Virus record (IMG/VR): IMGVR_UViG_3300032287_003559
Coordinates: 64,001-128,000 of that record
Reading direction: 5' to 3' (one strand)
DNA from: a virus
Length of the DNA: 64,000 nucleotides
Shown here: piece after piece, positions 1 to 11,288 of the stretch
Layout: every line of letters starts with the position of its first letter
Position numbering within the stretch: position 1 is the stretch's first letter
Program-made: the position numbers and the translations under genes
Notes under the pieces: model-generated
Told to the model about the DNA's origin: nothing
The model's input: only the letters and a program-made list of their open reading frames with translations
Databases searched by the model: none

Positions 1-700
1 GGTAAATGATCTATATGAACCTCTGGTGAACTTCTGGCAACAACTCCAGATGTTTGGTCCTGAACTTAAGGATCATCTTCTACATTTTAAGAGTGCTTGC
101 CCTGATCCTTTGTCTGCACGGGGATTGTTTGATATTTCAAAAACTATTCTGGAAGATCCTAATACTGGGGATTTTGAAAGAGCGGTAAGATTTTATATTG
201 TAAATAAGTGTTCTTTTAGTGGTCTGACTGCAAGTTCTTCTTTCTCACCTCAGGCATCTAATTCTAACTTTAGTGTTCGTGGAATTGAAAAACTCCCCGA
301 GTATGCTAAGTTAATTGAAAAGTGGCGTATAACTAATTACTCTTACGATTACTTGATGGATGGAGACAAGAGTGCTTTTATGTATCTCGATCCTCCCTAT
401 GATATTAAGGATAATCTCTATGGGAACAAGGGATCAATGCATAAAGGATTTGATCACGATAAGTTTGCTGCCGATTGTGATTCCAACAATATGGATATGT
501 TGGTGAGTTATAATTCTGACCAACTGGTAAAGGATAGGTTTAAGAATTGGAACGCTGCTGAGTTTGATCTCACTTATACGATGCGTTCTGTTGGTGAATA
601 TATGCGAGAGCAAAGACAACGTAAAGAACTGCTGCTGTTTAATTATGGAATTGAAGGACTGGTTAAACTCGATCAATCAGACAAAACAGAATCTAATTGA
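1..700 (+). CDS. dam: DNA adenine methyltransferase (Dam/D12 family), 5'-truncated
   Basis: YLDPPY catalytic motif; frame open to window edge (VNDLYEPLVNFW). Confidence 0.9.
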   Translation, partial: VNDLYEPLVNFWQQLQMFGPELKDHLLHFKSACPDPLSARGLFDISKTILEDPNTGDFERAVRFYIVNKCSFSGLTASSSFSPQASNSNFSVRGIEKLPEYAKLIEKWRITNYSYDYLMDGDKSAFMYLDPPYDIKDNLYGNKGSMHKGFDHDKFAADCDSNNMDMLVSYNSDQLVKDRFKNWNAAEFDLTYTMRSVGEYMREQRQRKELLLFNYGIEGLVKLDQSDKTESN

Positions 701-1025
701 TGAGAATCCATCAGTAGAGAAGGAATACGCACCATATATTATCAATCGCTGTCTCTCTGGGCATATTGATTGCATTATGTTTGCGAATGAAATGAATATC
801 AGTCATCATTTAGATAAAGATATGCAATATTCATTTTATCTAAATATTCTTAGGAAACGGAAGAGATTTTCTCCGTGGCTCCGTAAGGATAAAGTTGCAG
901 ACTTAGAATGTATTAAACGTTATTATGGATATAGTAATGAAAAGGCATCCCAAGCTCTGAAAATCCTAACAAAGGAACAAATAAATTTTATTAAAAAACG
1001 ACTTGAAATTGGAGGAAAAAAATGA
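645..1025 (+). CDS. gp62: Clamp loader small subunit
   Basis: MELKDWLNSIN, YAPYIINRCLS, RKRKRFSPW; upstream of regA; start moved to ATG 645. Confidence 0.9.
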   Translation: MELKDWLNSINQTKQNLIDENPSVEKEYAPYIINRCLSGHIDCIMFANEMNISHHLDKDMQYSFYLNILRKRKRFSPWLRKDKVADLECIKRYYGYSNEKASQALKILTKEQINFIKKRLEIGGKK

Positions 1026-1468
1026 CTACTGCGCATCAAACAGTAGAACCCGAAGTCCATTGGTCTCAGGACAAAATGGTAGAGGTTATTCTTAATGAAC
1101 CAGATGACTTTCTGAAAGTCCGTGAAACTTTAACCCGTATTGGAGTAGCATCCCGTAAGGAGAAAAAGCTCTATCAATCTTGCCATATTCTTCATAAGCA
1201 AGGTAGATATTATATCGTCCATTTCAAGGAGTTGTTTGCTCTGGATGGTAAACATGCAAATCTTACGATCAATGATGTACAGCGCCGCAATCGTATTGCT
1301 CGCTTACTTGCTGATTGGGGTCTTATTACGGTAGTAAAACCAGACTCTGTTGCTGATATTGCTCCACTGAATCAGATTAAGGTTCTCTCTTATAAGGATA
1401 AGGGAGACTGGGTTCTAGAACAAAAATATAATATTGGTAAGAAAGGTAAGACTCAGGAAGATGTTTAA
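1022..1468 (+). CDS. regA: Translational repressor RegA
   Basis: DDFLKVRETLTRIG, LYQSCHILHKQGRYYIVHFKELF. Confidence 0.97.
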   Translation: MTTAHQTVEPEVHWSQDKMVEVILNEPDDFLKVRETLTRIGVASRKEKKLYQSCHILHKQGRYYIVHFKELFALDGKHANLTINDVQRRNRIARLLADWGLITVVKPDSVADIAPLNQIKVLSYKDKGDWVLEQKYNIGKKGKTQEDV

Positions 1469-1596
1469 TGCAATTTGCTTATTTCTTTTAGTTATTGCTG
1501 CATATTCAAATTTATATTTAAATTTAAAATCAACTCGAAGACGATAAATAAGTATGAGACCTTTCGTGCGGTCTCTACAAAAGTCGGAACACCCTA

Positions 1597-1632
1597 AAAA
1601 GAGGTTCGGTTTTTACCGTTCCTCTTTTTTTC
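1597..1632 (+). terminator. Intrinsic terminator
   Basis: AAAAGAGG...CCTCTTTT inverted repeat plus T-run. Confidence 0.6.
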
Positions 1633-1747
1633 GTTTCTTGTATAATTAGTAATGATGAGGTGAGGTTCTTTGAATCCCTCATTCGCTAAAGCGGAGTCTT
1701 CGGATCCGTAATGTTAAACAAACACTCGCTTTTTAAGGAGAACTAAA

Positions 1748-2188
1748 ATGTACTCGACAATTGCAAAGTATAACACTGGAAATATTGAAAAATTTCTAAA
1801 TGACGTAGAAAAGCATTTTATTGGTGGTGATGAATGGTTACACCGTTTTGGAACAACCCACGAATCTTCAGTAAATTATCCCCCATATAATCTAGTTAAA
1901 GAAAGCAGCACAAACTTTAGACTAGAAATCGCACTTGCTGGTTACAAGAGAGAAGATATTGAAGTATCTTCTGAGTGGAATAAACTTTTTGTGGAAGCAA
2001 AGAAAGTAGATGACTCTGTTGATGAATATGTTCATCACGGACTTGCAAAGAGAGCATTTACTCGCACTTGGACACTTTCTGACGACGTAGTTGTTGGTGA
2101 TGTTTCTTTTGAGGATGGATTGCTCACCATCAAACTAAATAGAGTTATTCCAGAACATCAAAAGAGAAAAGTATATGAAATCATTTGA
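1748..2188 (+). CDS. hsp20: Small heat-shock protein (Hsp20/IbpA)
   Basis: NYPPYNL, LEIALAGY, RAFTRTWTL, DGLLTI; SD AAGGAG. Confidence 0.95.
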   Translation: MYSTIAKYNTGNIEKFLNDVEKHFIGGDEWLHRFGTTHESSVNYPPYNLVKESSTNFRLEIALAGYKREDIEVSSEWNKLFVEAKKVDDSVDEYVHHGLAKRAFTRTWTLSDDVVVGDVSFEDGLLTIKLNRVIPEHQKRKVYEII

Positions 2189-2330
2189 TGAATTTAAAAC
2201 AATCGCCTATAAAGGAGCAGTCCCGCATACTGTTTATTCTGGCGAAAAGGAAAAGCGCATTCCAAAAGGAAAAGCAGTTCGCATAAGAAGCCATTCGAGT
2301 GCTGGTGGTGATGGTGACGGTGGAGAATAA
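2175..2330 (+). CDS. 51-aa small protein MKSFDEFKTIAYKG...GGDGDGGE (not in ORF track)
   Basis: Translated by hand; overlaps hsp20 end; MKSF.EF N-terminus typical of T4-like small proteins. Confidence 0.55.
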   Translation: MKSFDEFKTIAYKGAVPHTVYSGEKEKRIPKGKAVRIRSHSSAGGDGDGGE

Positions 2331-2355
2331 ATAAAGACGACTATCGTCGGCGTAA

Positions 2356-2408
2356 GAGGAGCACCTGGTCAAAACCAGGTTGACTCCTCCTTTTTTTCTT
2401 GGTATAAT
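2356..2408 (+). promoter_or_regulatory. Terminator hairpin overlapping a sigma70 promoter
   Basis: GAGGAG..ACCTGGT-CAAA-ACCAGGT..CTCCTC + T-run; TTGACT(2380)-17 bp-TATAAT(2403). Confidence 0.7.
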
Positions 2409-2429
2409 ATCAGAAGGTATATAGAAGTT

Positions 2430-2807
2430 ATGACTATTAAATTAATGTTACTTAAATCTGGAGAAGATTTAATTGCGGATGTTTCTGAAATGGTTATTGG
2501 TGAAAACGAAAATACTAGAGTAGTTGGATATTATTTGACTAAACCTTGTTTGATTAGGATGAGAAACCCTAGTTTGGTTGAAAATTCCGAAACAAATAAA
2601 AAAACTGGATTTGAGGTCTCTCTTTGTCCTTGGATACCGCTTTCATCTGATGAAAAAATTCCAGTTCCGGCAGATTGGTTGGTAACTCTAGTAGAACCAA
2701 CAGCTAAGCTAAAAGAAATGTATATTGAGGATGTTTTGAACTATGGAAAAGAAAATGATAAAAATAATAGCACTGATGAACAATCAGATATTAATCAGTC
2801 AGATTGA
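2430..2807 (+). CDS. Conserved cyanophage hypothetical protein
   Basis: MTIKLMLLKSGEDLIADV; usual position before gp43. Confidence 0.75.
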   Translation: MTIKLMLLKSGEDLIADVSEMVIGENENTRVVGYYLTKPCLIRMRNPSLVENSETNKKTGFEVSLCPWIPLSSDEKIPVPADWLVTLVEPTAKLKEMYIEDVLNYGKENDKNNSTDEQSDINQSD

Positions 2808-3024
2808 AGAAGTTGGTGCTGATATTGGAGAGCCTGATTGTAAATTAATTAATCCTTTCATGGTTAATGATAATCCAATCTCAAGTCAACAAAAAACTTT
2901 AGAACCATTTCTTGTTGGATATACAAAACAGGATACATTTATGATAAGTTCTGACAAGATTCTTACTCTTGCAGATCCAACGCCAACACTTCTTGAAAAA
3001 TACGAGGACCTAATTAAAGAATGA
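2743..3024 (+). CDS. Conserved cyanophage hypothetical protein
   Basis: IGEPDCKLINPF; ATGA overlap with gp43. Confidence 0.75.
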   Translation: MEKKMIKIIALMNNQILISQIEEVGADIGEPDCKLINPFMVNDNPISSQQKTLEPFLVGYTKQDTFMISSDKILTLADPTPTLLEKYEDLIKE

Positions 3025-5522
3025 GTCTACGCTTCTACACTAATGTTCAGTTGATTGGAAACCAGTTTTTGGTACGTGGGGTTGAAAATGGAAAAAGATT
3101 TGAAACTAGAGACGAGTTCTTCCCAACTCTCTTTGTAAAAACTAAAAAAGAATCAAAATATAAAACATTAAGTGGAGAATCTGTCGAAGCTGTAAAACCA
3201 GGAACAGTCAGAGATTGTCGTGAATTTTATAGTAAGTATGAAAATGTAGATGGATTTGAAATTTACGGAAACGATCGATACATCTATCAATACATTTCTG
3301 AAAAATATCCAGAAGATGAAATTAAGTTTGATATTAATAAGATCAAACTCATAACTCTGGATATCGAAGTTGCCTCGGAAGAAGGATTTCCTGATGTTGA
3401 ATCTTGCTCCGAAGAAATCCTTGCTATCACAATTCAAGACTACACAACTAAAAAAATTATTAGTTGGGGCGTCAAACCATTCAAAAATACGCGCAGTGAT
3501 GTAACATATCACTATTGCCCTTCAGAATACGAACTTTTAAATCATTTTATTAATTATTGGATGTCTGATGTTCCAGATGTAGTTACTGGATGGAATATTC
3601 AGATGTATGATATTCCCTATATTTGCAAACGTCTTAATAGAGTTCTTGGTGAAAAACTAATGAAACGTTTTTCTAACTGGGGACTCGTTACTGAAGGTGA
3701 AGTTTTTATTAATGGACGTAAGCACACTACTTTTGATGTAGGTGGATTAACTCAACTTGATTATTTGGACCTTTATAAGAAATTTACTTACAAAGCTCAG
3801 GAATCATACCGTCTTGATTATATTGCCGAAGTTGAATTAGGGCAGAAAAAACTAGACCACTCTGAGTTTGATACTTTCAAAGATTTCTATAGTAAAGGAT
3901 GGCAGAAGTTTATTGAATACAACATTGTTGACGTAGAACTTGTTGACCGTCTGGAAGACAAGATGAAACTGATCGAACTTGCTTTGACTATGGCTTATGA
4001 CGCTAAAGTCAATTATGCTGATGTATTTTATCAAGTTCGTATGTGGGATAATATTATTTACAATTATCTCAAGAAGCGTGATATTGTTATTCCACCAAGA
4101 AACAGGTCTCAAAAGAATGAAAAGTATGCTGGTGCCTATGTAAAAGAACCAAAACCAGGCAAATATGATTGGGTTGTGAACTTTGACTTGAACTCTCTGT
4201 ATCCACACTTGATTATGCAATATAATATCTCTCCAGAAACTCTTCTGGAAGAGAAGCATCCTACTGTGAATGTAGATAAAATTCTAAATCAATCTATTAG
4301 TTTTGAGATGTATAAGGATTATGCTGTCTGTGCAAATGGTGCAATGTTCCGCAAAGATGTTCGCGGATTTCTTCCTGAACTGATGGAGAAAATGTATCAG
4401 GACCGTGTAATCTTCAAAAAGAAGATGATTGAGGCAAAGAAGCAGTATGAAAAAACTAAATCTAAAGAACTGGAGAAAGAAATCGCTAGGTGTAATAATA
4501 TCCAGATGGCAAAGAAAATTTCACTTAACTCTGCTTATGGGGCCATTGGAAATCAGTACTTTCGTTACTATAAACTTGAGAATGCGGAAGCCATTACTCT
4601 TAGTGGACAGGTTTCAATCCGATGGATTGAAAGTAAGATGAACGCTTATCTAAATAAACTTCTTAAAACTGAGGATGTTGATTATGTTATTGCTTCTGAT
4701 ACTGATTCCATTTATCTCAATATGGGTCCTGTGGTTGAAACTATATTCAAGGGAAGAGAGAAAACTACTCAAAGCATTGTCTCGTTCCTTGATAAGGTCT
4801 CTAGTATGGAACTTGAAAAATATATTGAAAGTTCTTACCAAGAATTGGCGAACTATGTGAATGCATATGATCAAAAGATGCAGATGAAGCGTGAGAATAT
4901 TGCTGATCGCGGAATCTGGACTGCTAAGAAGCGTTATATCCTAAATGTTTGGGATAGTGAAGGTGTTCGTTATGAAGAACCTAAACTGAAGATGATGGGG
5001 ATTGAAGCAGTTAAATCTTCTACTCCAGCTCCTTGTCGTAAGATGATCAAGGATGCCCTAAAATTGATGATGAGTGGAACTGAAGATGAAGTAATTGATT
5101 TTATCGAGAATGCTCGCAAAGAGTTTAAGAAACTTCCGCCCGAACAGATTTCATTCCCTCGTTCAGCATCTGATGTTCAAAAGTATTCTTCTTCATCTAT
5201 GATTTATGAAAAGGGTACTCCAATTCATATTCGTGGGGCACTTCTCTTTAATCATTACATTAAACAAAATAAACTAACTAATAAGTATTCTCTCATACAA
5301 AATGGAGAAAAGATTAAGTTCATTTATCTCAAGAAGCCCAATAGTATTCATGAGAATATTATTTCATTTATTCAAGAGTTTCCTAAAGAACTTAATCTTG
5401 ACAGATACATTGATTATGACTTACAATTTGAAAAAGCGTTTCTAGAACCTCTCAAAATCATTCTTGATTCTATTGGGTGGAATGTAGAAAAAACTGTAAA
5501 CCTTGAATCATTTTTTACTTAA
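3021..5522 (+). CDS. gp43: Family B DNA polymerase
   Basis: Exo [24 protein letters not shown]. Confidence 0.98.
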   Translation: MSLRFYTNVQLIGNQFLVRGVENGKRFETRDEFFPTLFVKTKKESKYKTLSGESVEAVKPGTVRDCREFYSKYENVDGFEIYGNDRYIYQYISEKYPEDEIKFDINKIKLITLDIEVASEEGFPDVESCSEEILAITIQDYTTKKIISWGVKPFKNTRSDVTYHYCPSEYELLNHFINYWMSDVPDVVTGWNIQMYDIPYICKRLNRVLGEKLMKRFSNWGLVTEGEVFINGRKHTTFDVGGLTQLDYLDLYKKFTYKAQESYRLDYIAEVELGQKKLDHSEFDTFKDFYSKGWQKFIEYNIVDVELVDRLEDKMKLIELALTMAYDAKVNYADVFYQVRMWDNIIYNYLKKRDIVIPPRNRSQKNEKYAGAYVKEPKPGKYDWVVNFDLNSLYPHLIMQYNISPETLLEEKHPTVNVDKILNQSISFEMYKDYAVCANGAMFRKDVRGFLPELMEKMYQDRVIFKKKMIEAKKQYEKTKSKELEKEIARCNNIQMAKKISLNSAYGAIGNQYFRYYKLENAEAITLSGQVSIRWIESKMNAYLNKLLKTEDVDYVIASDTDSIYLNMGPVVETIFKGREKTTQSIVSFLDKVSSMELEKYIESSYQELANYVNAYDQKMQMKRENIADRGIWTAKKRYILNVWDSEGVRYEEPKLKMMGIEAVKSSTPAPCRKMIKDALKLMMSGTEDEVIDFIENARKEFKKLPPEQISFPRSASDVQKYSSSSMIYEKGTPIHIRGALLFNHYIKQNKLTNKYSLIQNGEKIKFIYLKKPNSIHENIISFIQEFPKELNLDRYIDYDLQFEKAFLEPLKIILDSIGWNVEKTVNLESFFT

Positions 5523-6526
5523 TGGACTTCCTTAAAGATATTGTAAAAGAAATTGGTGGTGAATATACACAACTTGCCGCAGAGATTGATGAAACTGAAC
5601 GTTATGTTGATACAGGTTCGTACATTTTTAATGCACTGGTTTCAGGTAGCATATTTGGCGGTGTATCTGGCAATAAGATTACTGCTATTGCTGGAGAGTC
5701 TTCTACTGGAAAGACTTTCTTCTCTCTCGCCGTTGTTAAGAATTTTCTTGATACCCATCCCAATGGGTATTGTCTCTATTTTGATACTGAAGCTGCTATT
5801 ACCAAATCACTCTTAGAAAGTCGAGGAGTTGATACTTCTCGTTTGGTTGTTGTAAATGTAGTGACTGTTGAAGAGTTTCGTGGAAAGGCACTTAAGGCAG
5901 TAGATCTCTACATGAAAAAACCTGAAGGAGAGCGCAATCCTTGCATGTTTGTGCTAGACTCTCTGGGTATGCTTTCAACGAGTAAAGAGATTAATGATGC
6001 GCTAAATGATAAAGAAGTGCGTGATATGACCAAATCACAACTGATTAAAGGTGCATTCCGTATGCTTACTTTGAAACTTGGTCAAGCAAATATTCCAATG
6101 ATCGTTACTAATCACACCTATGATGTTATCGGAGCTTACGTACCAACTAAGGAAATGGGTGGAGGTAGCGGACTCAAGTACGCAGCGTCTACGATCATTT
6201 ATCTCAGCAAAAAGAAAGAAAAGGATGGAACAGAAGTGGTCGGAAATATTATCAAGGCTAAGACTGCTAAATCGCGTTTGAGTAAGGAAAATAAAGACGT
6301 TGAGGTTCGTTTGTATTATGATGAGCGTGGTCTTGATCGATACTATGGTCTACTTGAACTTGGAGAACTTGGTGGACTTTGGAAAAATGTAGCAGGTCGT
6401 TATGAAATGGATGGGAAGAAAATCTACGCAAAACAAATTCTTGCAAATCCTGAAGAGTACTTTACTGAAGAAGTAATGAATAAACTTGATGAAATTGCTA
6501 AAGATGAATTTAGTTATGGTACATGA
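5522..6526 (+). CDS. uvsX: RecA-like recombinase
   Basis: [22 protein letters not shown]. Confidence 0.96.
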   Translation: MDFLKDIVKEIGGEYTQLAAEIDETERYVDTGSYIFNALVSGSIFGGVSGNKITAIAGESSTGKTFFSLAVVKNFLDTHPNGYCLYFDTEAAITKSLLESRGVDTSRLVVVNVVTVEEFRGKALKAVDLYMKKPEGERNPCMFVLDSLGMLSTSKEINDALNDKEVRDMTKSQLIKGAFRMLTLKLGQANIPMIVTNHTYDVIGAYVPTKEMGGGSGLKYAASTIIYLSKKKEKDGTEVVGNIIKAKTAKSRLSKENKDVEVRLYYDERGLDRYYGLLELGELGGLWKNVAGRYEMDGKKIYAKQILANPEEYFTEEVMNKLDEIAKDEFSYGT

Positions 6527-7089
6527 AAAACATCAAAATTATTAAAACTAATATTGATGTTTCTAAAATTCAAAAACAACTAGAAAAGCATCCAGAAGAT
6601 TGGGGATCGCAAAAAGGACTTAAAAATGTAGAACTTAAAGATCCACATACTCATATAACATCAGTAGATGTCCTTCAACTTGTTATGGGGGGAATAGAAT
6701 CCCAAGGGCAACAAGTTGGGGACACTCAAATTTGTATTAAAACTCCCGCATATAAAAATCACACTGAGGTAAGAAAATTTCTAAAAAAAAATTTTTACAC
6801 ATTTGATCGTTGTGGATTTTTAGCACTTCCAATAGATGAAATTGTTGGTGCTCATATTGATGAAGGAGTATATTATTTGACCAGAGATAGGTATCATCTT
6901 TCTATTCAAGGTAGATATCAGTACTTTGTTGGAAATGAAACTGCTATAATAGAACCTGGAACACTATTTTGGTTTAATAATAAAATGCCTCACGGCACAG
7001 TAAATATTGGAGATGAAGTTAGAATTACTTTTGTATTCGATGTTCCACATTCTCCAAGTAACCCACAGCATAAGATAAGTGATGGATAA
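6523..7089 (+). CDS. Asp/Asn beta-hydroxylase-like 2OG-Fe(II) oxygenase
   Basis: HID...WFNNKMPH...R jelly-roll motif. Confidence 0.75.
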   Translation: MKNIKIIKTNIDVSKIQKQLEKHPEDWGSQKGLKNVELKDPHTHITSVDVLQLVMGGIESQGQQVGDTQICIKTPAYKNHTEVRKFLKKNFYTFDRCGFLALPIDEIVGAHIDEGVYYLTRDRYHLSIQGRYQYFVGNETAIIEPGTLFWFNNKMPHGTVNIGDEVRITFVFDVPHSPSNPQHKISDG

Positions 7090-8458
7090 AGTTGAGTTTT
7101 TGATTTTAAGGAATTTGCTTTATAATGAAGATTATATTAGAAAAGTAATACCTTTTCTTAAATCTGAATATTTTGAAGATCAAAATCAAAAGATCGTTTT
7201 TGAAGAAATATTAGATTTTATTTCGGAATATAATCAACCAGCAACCAAAGAAGTTCTTTGTATTGAAGTAGAAAAACGCAAAGATATTAATGATACATCC
7301 TTTAAAGAAATTCTTCAATTAATTTCTTGTTTAGATGATGTTCCAACAGAGTTTAATTGGTTAGTTTCCACTACGGAAAAGTGGTGTCGTGATAGAGCAA
7401 TTTATCTTGCTCTAATGGAATCTATTTACATTGCTGACGGTAAAGATGAAAAGAAAAATAGAGATAGTATTCCTTCTATTCTTTCTGATGCTCTTGCTGT
7501 AAGTTTTGATAATCATGTTGGTCATGATTACTTGCAGGATTACGAACAAAGATACGAATCATATCACAAAAAGGAGGATAAAATTGAATTTGATCTTGAA
7601 TACTTTAACAAAATTACCAAAGGCGGTCTCCCTAACAAAACTCTTAATATCGCTCTTGCTGGTACGGGCGTCGGGAAGTCTCTATTCATGTGCCATGTTG
7701 CTAGCTCCGTCTTGCTCCAAGGACGGAACGTTTTGTACATTACGCTGGAAATGGCAGAAGAGCGCATTGCTGAAAGAATTGATGCGAATCTCTTGAATGT
7801 TCCAATCCAGGACATTGTGGATCTTCCAAAACAAATGTTTGAAAGTAAGATCACAAATCTTGCTAAAAAAACTCAAGGTACTCTTATAATTAAAGAATAT
7901 CCAACGGCATCAGCACATGCAGGTCATTTTAAGTCACTTCTTAATGAACTTGCACTTAAGAAGTCATTTAGACCTGATATTATTTTTATTGATTACCTTA
8001 ATATTTGTTCTTCCAGCAGGTATAAAGGAAACAGCAATATCAATTCTTATACATTTGTCAAAGCAATTGCTGAGGAACTTAGGGGACTCGCCGTTGAGTT
8101 TAATGTCCCGATTGTCTCCGCTACTCAGACCACTCGTTCAGGTTATGGTAGTTCTGATGTTGAACTTACTGATACTTCTGAATCCTTTGGTCTCCCTGCT
8201 ACTGCTGACCTTATGTTTGCCCTTATTAGTACAGAAGAGTTGGAGGGGTTGGGACAGATATTAGTAAAACAACTTAAGAATCGTTATAATGACCCTACCA
8301 TTCATAAGCGTTTTGTGATTGGTATTGACCGTGCTAAAATGCGTCTTTATGATTGCGAACAATCAGCACAGCAAGATATACTTGACTCTGGAAAAGAAGA
8401 GGAGTATGATTATGAAGAAAAGAAACCTAAAAAATCATTTGAGGGATTTAAGTTTTGA
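7082..8458 (+). CDS. gp41: Replicative helicase
   Basis: AGTGVGKS, ITLEM, IDYLNI, SATQTTR. Confidence 0.97.
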   Translation: MDKVEFLILRNLLYNEDYIRKVIPFLKSEYFEDQNQKIVFEEILDFISEYNQPATKEVLCIEVEKRKDINDTSFKEILQLISCLDDVPTEFNWLVSTTEKWCRDRAIYLALMESIYIADGKDEKKNRDSIPSILSDALAVSFDNHVGHDYLQDYEQRYESYHKKEDKIEFDLEYFNKITKGGLPNKTLNIALAGTGVGKSLFMCHVASSVLLQGRNVLYITLEMAEERIAERIDANLLNVPIQDIVDLPKQMFESKITNLAKKTQGTLIIKEYPTASAHAGHFKSLLNELALKKSFRPDIIFIDYLNICSSSRYKGNSNINSYTFVKAIAEELRGLAVEFNVPIVSATQTTRSGYGSSDVELTDTSESFGLPATADLMFALISTEELEGLGQILVKQLKNRYNDPTIHKRFVIGIDRAKMRLYDCEQSAQQDILDSGKEEEYDYEEKKPKKSFEGFKF

Positions 8459-8505
8459 TTAATATTGAAAAACAAACCCTTTCTAACGGATATACTAAAT
8501 TTACT

Positions 8506-8925
8506 ATGACTGATAATAAAGTAATCGATACAAACAAATATATTGAATTTGTTCGTCAAACTACAAGTCCTGCTAGTAGTGATTTTGCTCAACTTCTTGC
8601 TCGTATGACTGAACTTGAAGCATCTAATGATGCCGATGTTCCTCGTCTTCTTACTGCTGCACTTGGTATGAGTGCCGAGGCGGGTGAGTTTACTGAAGTT
8701 GTTAAAAAGATTTTCCTTCAGGGTAAACCTTATAATGAAGAAAATGTTTTTCACTTGAAGCGTGAACTTGGAGATATCTGTTGGTATCTTTCTCAAGCAT
8801 TTATGGCTCTTGATACTAACTTCGAAGAGATTCTTAAAATGAACTATGAGAAGTTGAGTGCTCGTTATCCTGAGGGAACTTTTGATGTTTATCGTTCTGA
8901 AAACCGTGTGGAGGGAGACCTATGA
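8506..8925 (+). CDS. mazG: MazG-like pyrophosphohydrolase
   Basis: EAGEFTE..KK, ELGDICWY, NYEKLSARY. Confidence 0.9.
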   Translation: MTDNKVIDTNKYIEFVRQTTSPASSDFAQLLARMTELEASNDADVPRLLTAALGMSAEAGEFTEVVKKIFLQGKPYNEENVFHLKRELGDICWYLSQAFMALDTNFEEILKMNYEKLSARYPEGTFDVYRSENRVEGDL

Positions 8926-9107
8926 CTAAAGAAAAGCAAGTAACAATCAAAATGGATGCTCGCGCCGCTGCAGCAGTTCGTCAAGTTCTATTTGATTCTC
9001 AAAAAGGATATACTTATAATGAAGTAAGTGTTCCTCCTCGTATTGCTGATATTCGTGGAGTTATTCAACAACTTGATGATAGTATTGGTGCTGTTCTTGG
9101 TATTTGA
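8922..9107 (+). CDS. Hypothetical protein
   Basis: ATGA overlap with mazG; followed by terminator. Confidence 0.7.
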   Translation: MTKEKQVTIKMDARAAAAVRQVLFDSQKGYTYNEVSVPPRIADIRGVIQQLDDSIGAVLGI

Positions 9108-9111
9108 TTGT

Positions 9112-9143
9112 GACCTCCTTCGGGAGGTCTTTTTTTATAAATA
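9112..9143 (+). terminator. UUCG terminator running into T4-type late promoter
   Basis: GACCTCC-TTCG-GGAGGTC-T7; TATAAATA at 9136-9143. Confidence 0.85.
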
Positions 9144-9164
9144 ACTAAAAAAGTATTTCTAACC

Positions 9165-10085
9165 ATGGAAGGCAAGCACATAAAAGATTTGATGGAAGCA
9201 TATTTGCAAATGTATGCTCCTAAAGAAGAAATTGAAGAAGGCAAATCTTCCAGACCACGCTATCCTGGTGGTAGAGGTGTATTAGACCAGGAAAGAAGAG
9301 ATGAAAAGAGAGAAGCATCTGCCGAAAACATGCGCGGTCATACTGCAGGTGCTGGTACAGTAACAAAAAATCCAAAGAAACTCCGTAAGCAAAAGGCTAT
9401 GGGAGAACTTGGCGAAGCAGTAAAGGGTGCTGACCCAGAAATGAGAAAGGCAGCATCTGCAGAAAGAAGAGCGGGTGATAAACCTCTTTCTAAAAAAGTT
9501 GGTGATGCACACGCTGCTAATATGGCAAGAAAGATTAGATTTTCTGATAAAGTTACCAAAGCAAAGGGTCATATTCCTGGATATGCTTATGCTGAAGAAG
9601 TAGATATCTTTGATGTTGTCCTTGAGTTCCTCCAAGTAGAAGGTATTGCAGATACTCTAGAAGAAGCAGCATGGGTAATGGCAAATCTTATTGATGAAGA
9701 GATTGTTTCTGATATTCTTGATGAAGCATCATACTCTGCAAAAGCAGCAAGAGCAGGTAAGGATATTGGTAAACCTGGTAAAGCATTTGCAAAGATTGCT
9801 GCTTCTGCCGCTAAGCGTTATGGATCTAAAGAGCGTGGTGAAAAGGTAGCAGGTGCAGTTCTTGCAAAACTTCGTAAGGAAGAAATAGAACTACTTGACG
9901 AGGTATTAGATACTCCTGAAAAAGCAAATGAATATGCCAAGAAGAATGTAAAATCTATGCTTGGTGCTTTCGCTAAAGGTGTTGTGAATAAAGATATGAG
10001 TCAAATGAAAACTATTAAGAAAAGAACTGAAGGTGCAAAGATGGCAAAAAGAAAGGCAGAAAGAAAGGCAGCAGAAGAAAACTAA
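9165..10085 (+). CDS. Late K/A/E-rich protein, possible internal head protein
   Basis: Late promoter upstream; alternating basic/acidic blocks with I/L-x-E junctions. Confidence 0.55.
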   Translation: MEGKHIKDLMEAYLQMYAPKEEIEEGKSSRPRYPGGRGVLDQERRDEKREASAENMRGHTAGAGTVTKNPKKLRKQKAMGELGEAVKGADPEMRKAASAERRAGDKPLSKKVGDAHAANMARKIRFSDKVTKAKGHIPGYAYAEEVDIFDVVLEFLQVEGIADTLEEAAWVMANLIDEEIVSDILDEASYSAKAARAGKDIGKPGKAFAKIAASAAKRYGSKERGEKVAGAVLAKLRKEEIELLDEVLDTPEKANEYAKKNVKSMLGAFAKGVVNKDMSQMKTIKKRTEGAKMAKRKAERKAAEEN

Positions 10086-10112
10086 ATAACCACGGAAGGT
10101 TGCTCCAACCCC

Positions 10113-10141
10113 TTGACTTTTTAGTTGGGGGGTTTTATAAT
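10113..10141 (+). promoter_or_regulatory. Sigma70 promoter for tRNA-Ala
   Basis: TTGACT-17 bp-TATAAT. Confidence 0.75.
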
Positions 10142-10151
10142 ATCTGTACTC

Positions 10152-10224
10152 GGGGAATTAGCTCATTTGGTAGAGCACTGCCTTTGCACGGCAGGGGTGA
10201 CCGGTTCGAGTCCGGTATTCTCCA
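10152..10224 (+). tRNA. tRNA-Ala(UGC)
   Basis: GGGGAAT/ATTCTCC acceptor; CTGCC-TTTGCAC-GGCAG; TTCGAG. Confidence 0.95.
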
Positions 10225-10254
10225 CTTCTAAATACTTAAAAAAGTATTGTATAA

Positions 10255-11262
10255 ATGGCGGTTTTATCGGGAAAAACTACAGCAGGTGAAAGTGCCTTTG
10301 ATAAGTATATAAAAAATAATCCAAAATGGAAAGATTTGGATTTATTAGTTGAAGAAAAAATGGAGGCAGTTTTTTATAAAGAAAATAAAAAAGATATCCA
10401 TAGTATGCTTTCATCTGGAACAAAACTTGAACTAGTTTCAAATCAACAAATTTCAATAGGAAATTTAAAATTAGCTCATGTAAAAGTTGGTACTAAAAGA
10501 GGTTATGTTCCTATCAATAAAATTAGAAAACCAACAAAAACAAATGTTTTGGCTGCAGAAGAGGCAGCCATGAGAGATTTGAATAATCTTATCCAAAAAC
10601 TTGTTACCCAAATTGGACCTATTAAAATATGCACGCCTGTTGGAACTTATGAAGGTATAACGGGAGTCCGGAATATTACCGAAAAAGTTCTTGGTAGAGA
10701 AGCAAAAGCAGACTTTGCTTTAGTCGCAAATGGTAAAGATAAAATATTCATTTCCCATAAAAAAAGTGGAGGTCCTGCAGCATATCAACAATATGGTGGA
10801 GTTTCTCCAAAGTCTGGATCACAATCTAAACCAACATTAATATATGATAATAAAGAGGTGCAAGATTTTTTGATGAAAGTTACCTCTTATATTGAGAATG
10901 ATAAGTTAGTTCATCCAGTGTATTCTTCTGTACTAAGTGATCAATTGATTAATCAATCTGTTTTTGGTCCTTCGTATGGAGGAAATTTTGGAATAGATAA
11001 TGTTCAATGTATCGGACAAGGGGATCCAATTCTTAAACCAAAAAGAAATGAAGAATCTTGTTTTACTTTAGATTTTTCAGATCATGTTTCTTGGAATGGG
11101 GATACTTCTTATTTTAAAACAGGTCAATATAAAGCTGTTTTTGCTGCTACTTTTAGAGCCGGAAGAGGATTTGATGTTGGTGGGATAAGATATAATGGAG
11201 CTAGAGTCGCTATTTATCCAATAGCCTTGGTTCAGAATAGAAGTGGCGCTAAAGAGATTTAA
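10255..11262 (+). CDS. Putative PD-(D/E)XK-type endonuclease
   Basis: AEE...KADFALV...IFISHKK pattern. Confidence 0.45.
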   Translation: MAVLSGKTTAGESAFDKYIKNNPKWKDLDLLVEEKMEAVFYKENKKDIHSMLSSGTKLELVSNQQISIGNLKLAHVKVGTKRGYVPINKIRKPTKTNVLAAEEAAMRDLNNLIQKLVTQIGPIKICTPVGTYEGITGVRNITEKVLGREAKADFALVANGKDKIFISHKKSGGPAAYQQYGGVSPKSGSQSKPTLIYDNKEVQDFLMKVTSYIENDKLVHPVYSSVLSDQLINQSVFGPSYGGNFGIDNVQCIGQGDPILKPKRNEESCFTLDFSDHVSWNGDTSYFKTGQYKAVFAATFRAGRGFDVGGIRYNGARVAIYPIALVQNRSGAKEI

Positions 11263-11288
11263 TAAATATAAGTATATCAACACAAAAT

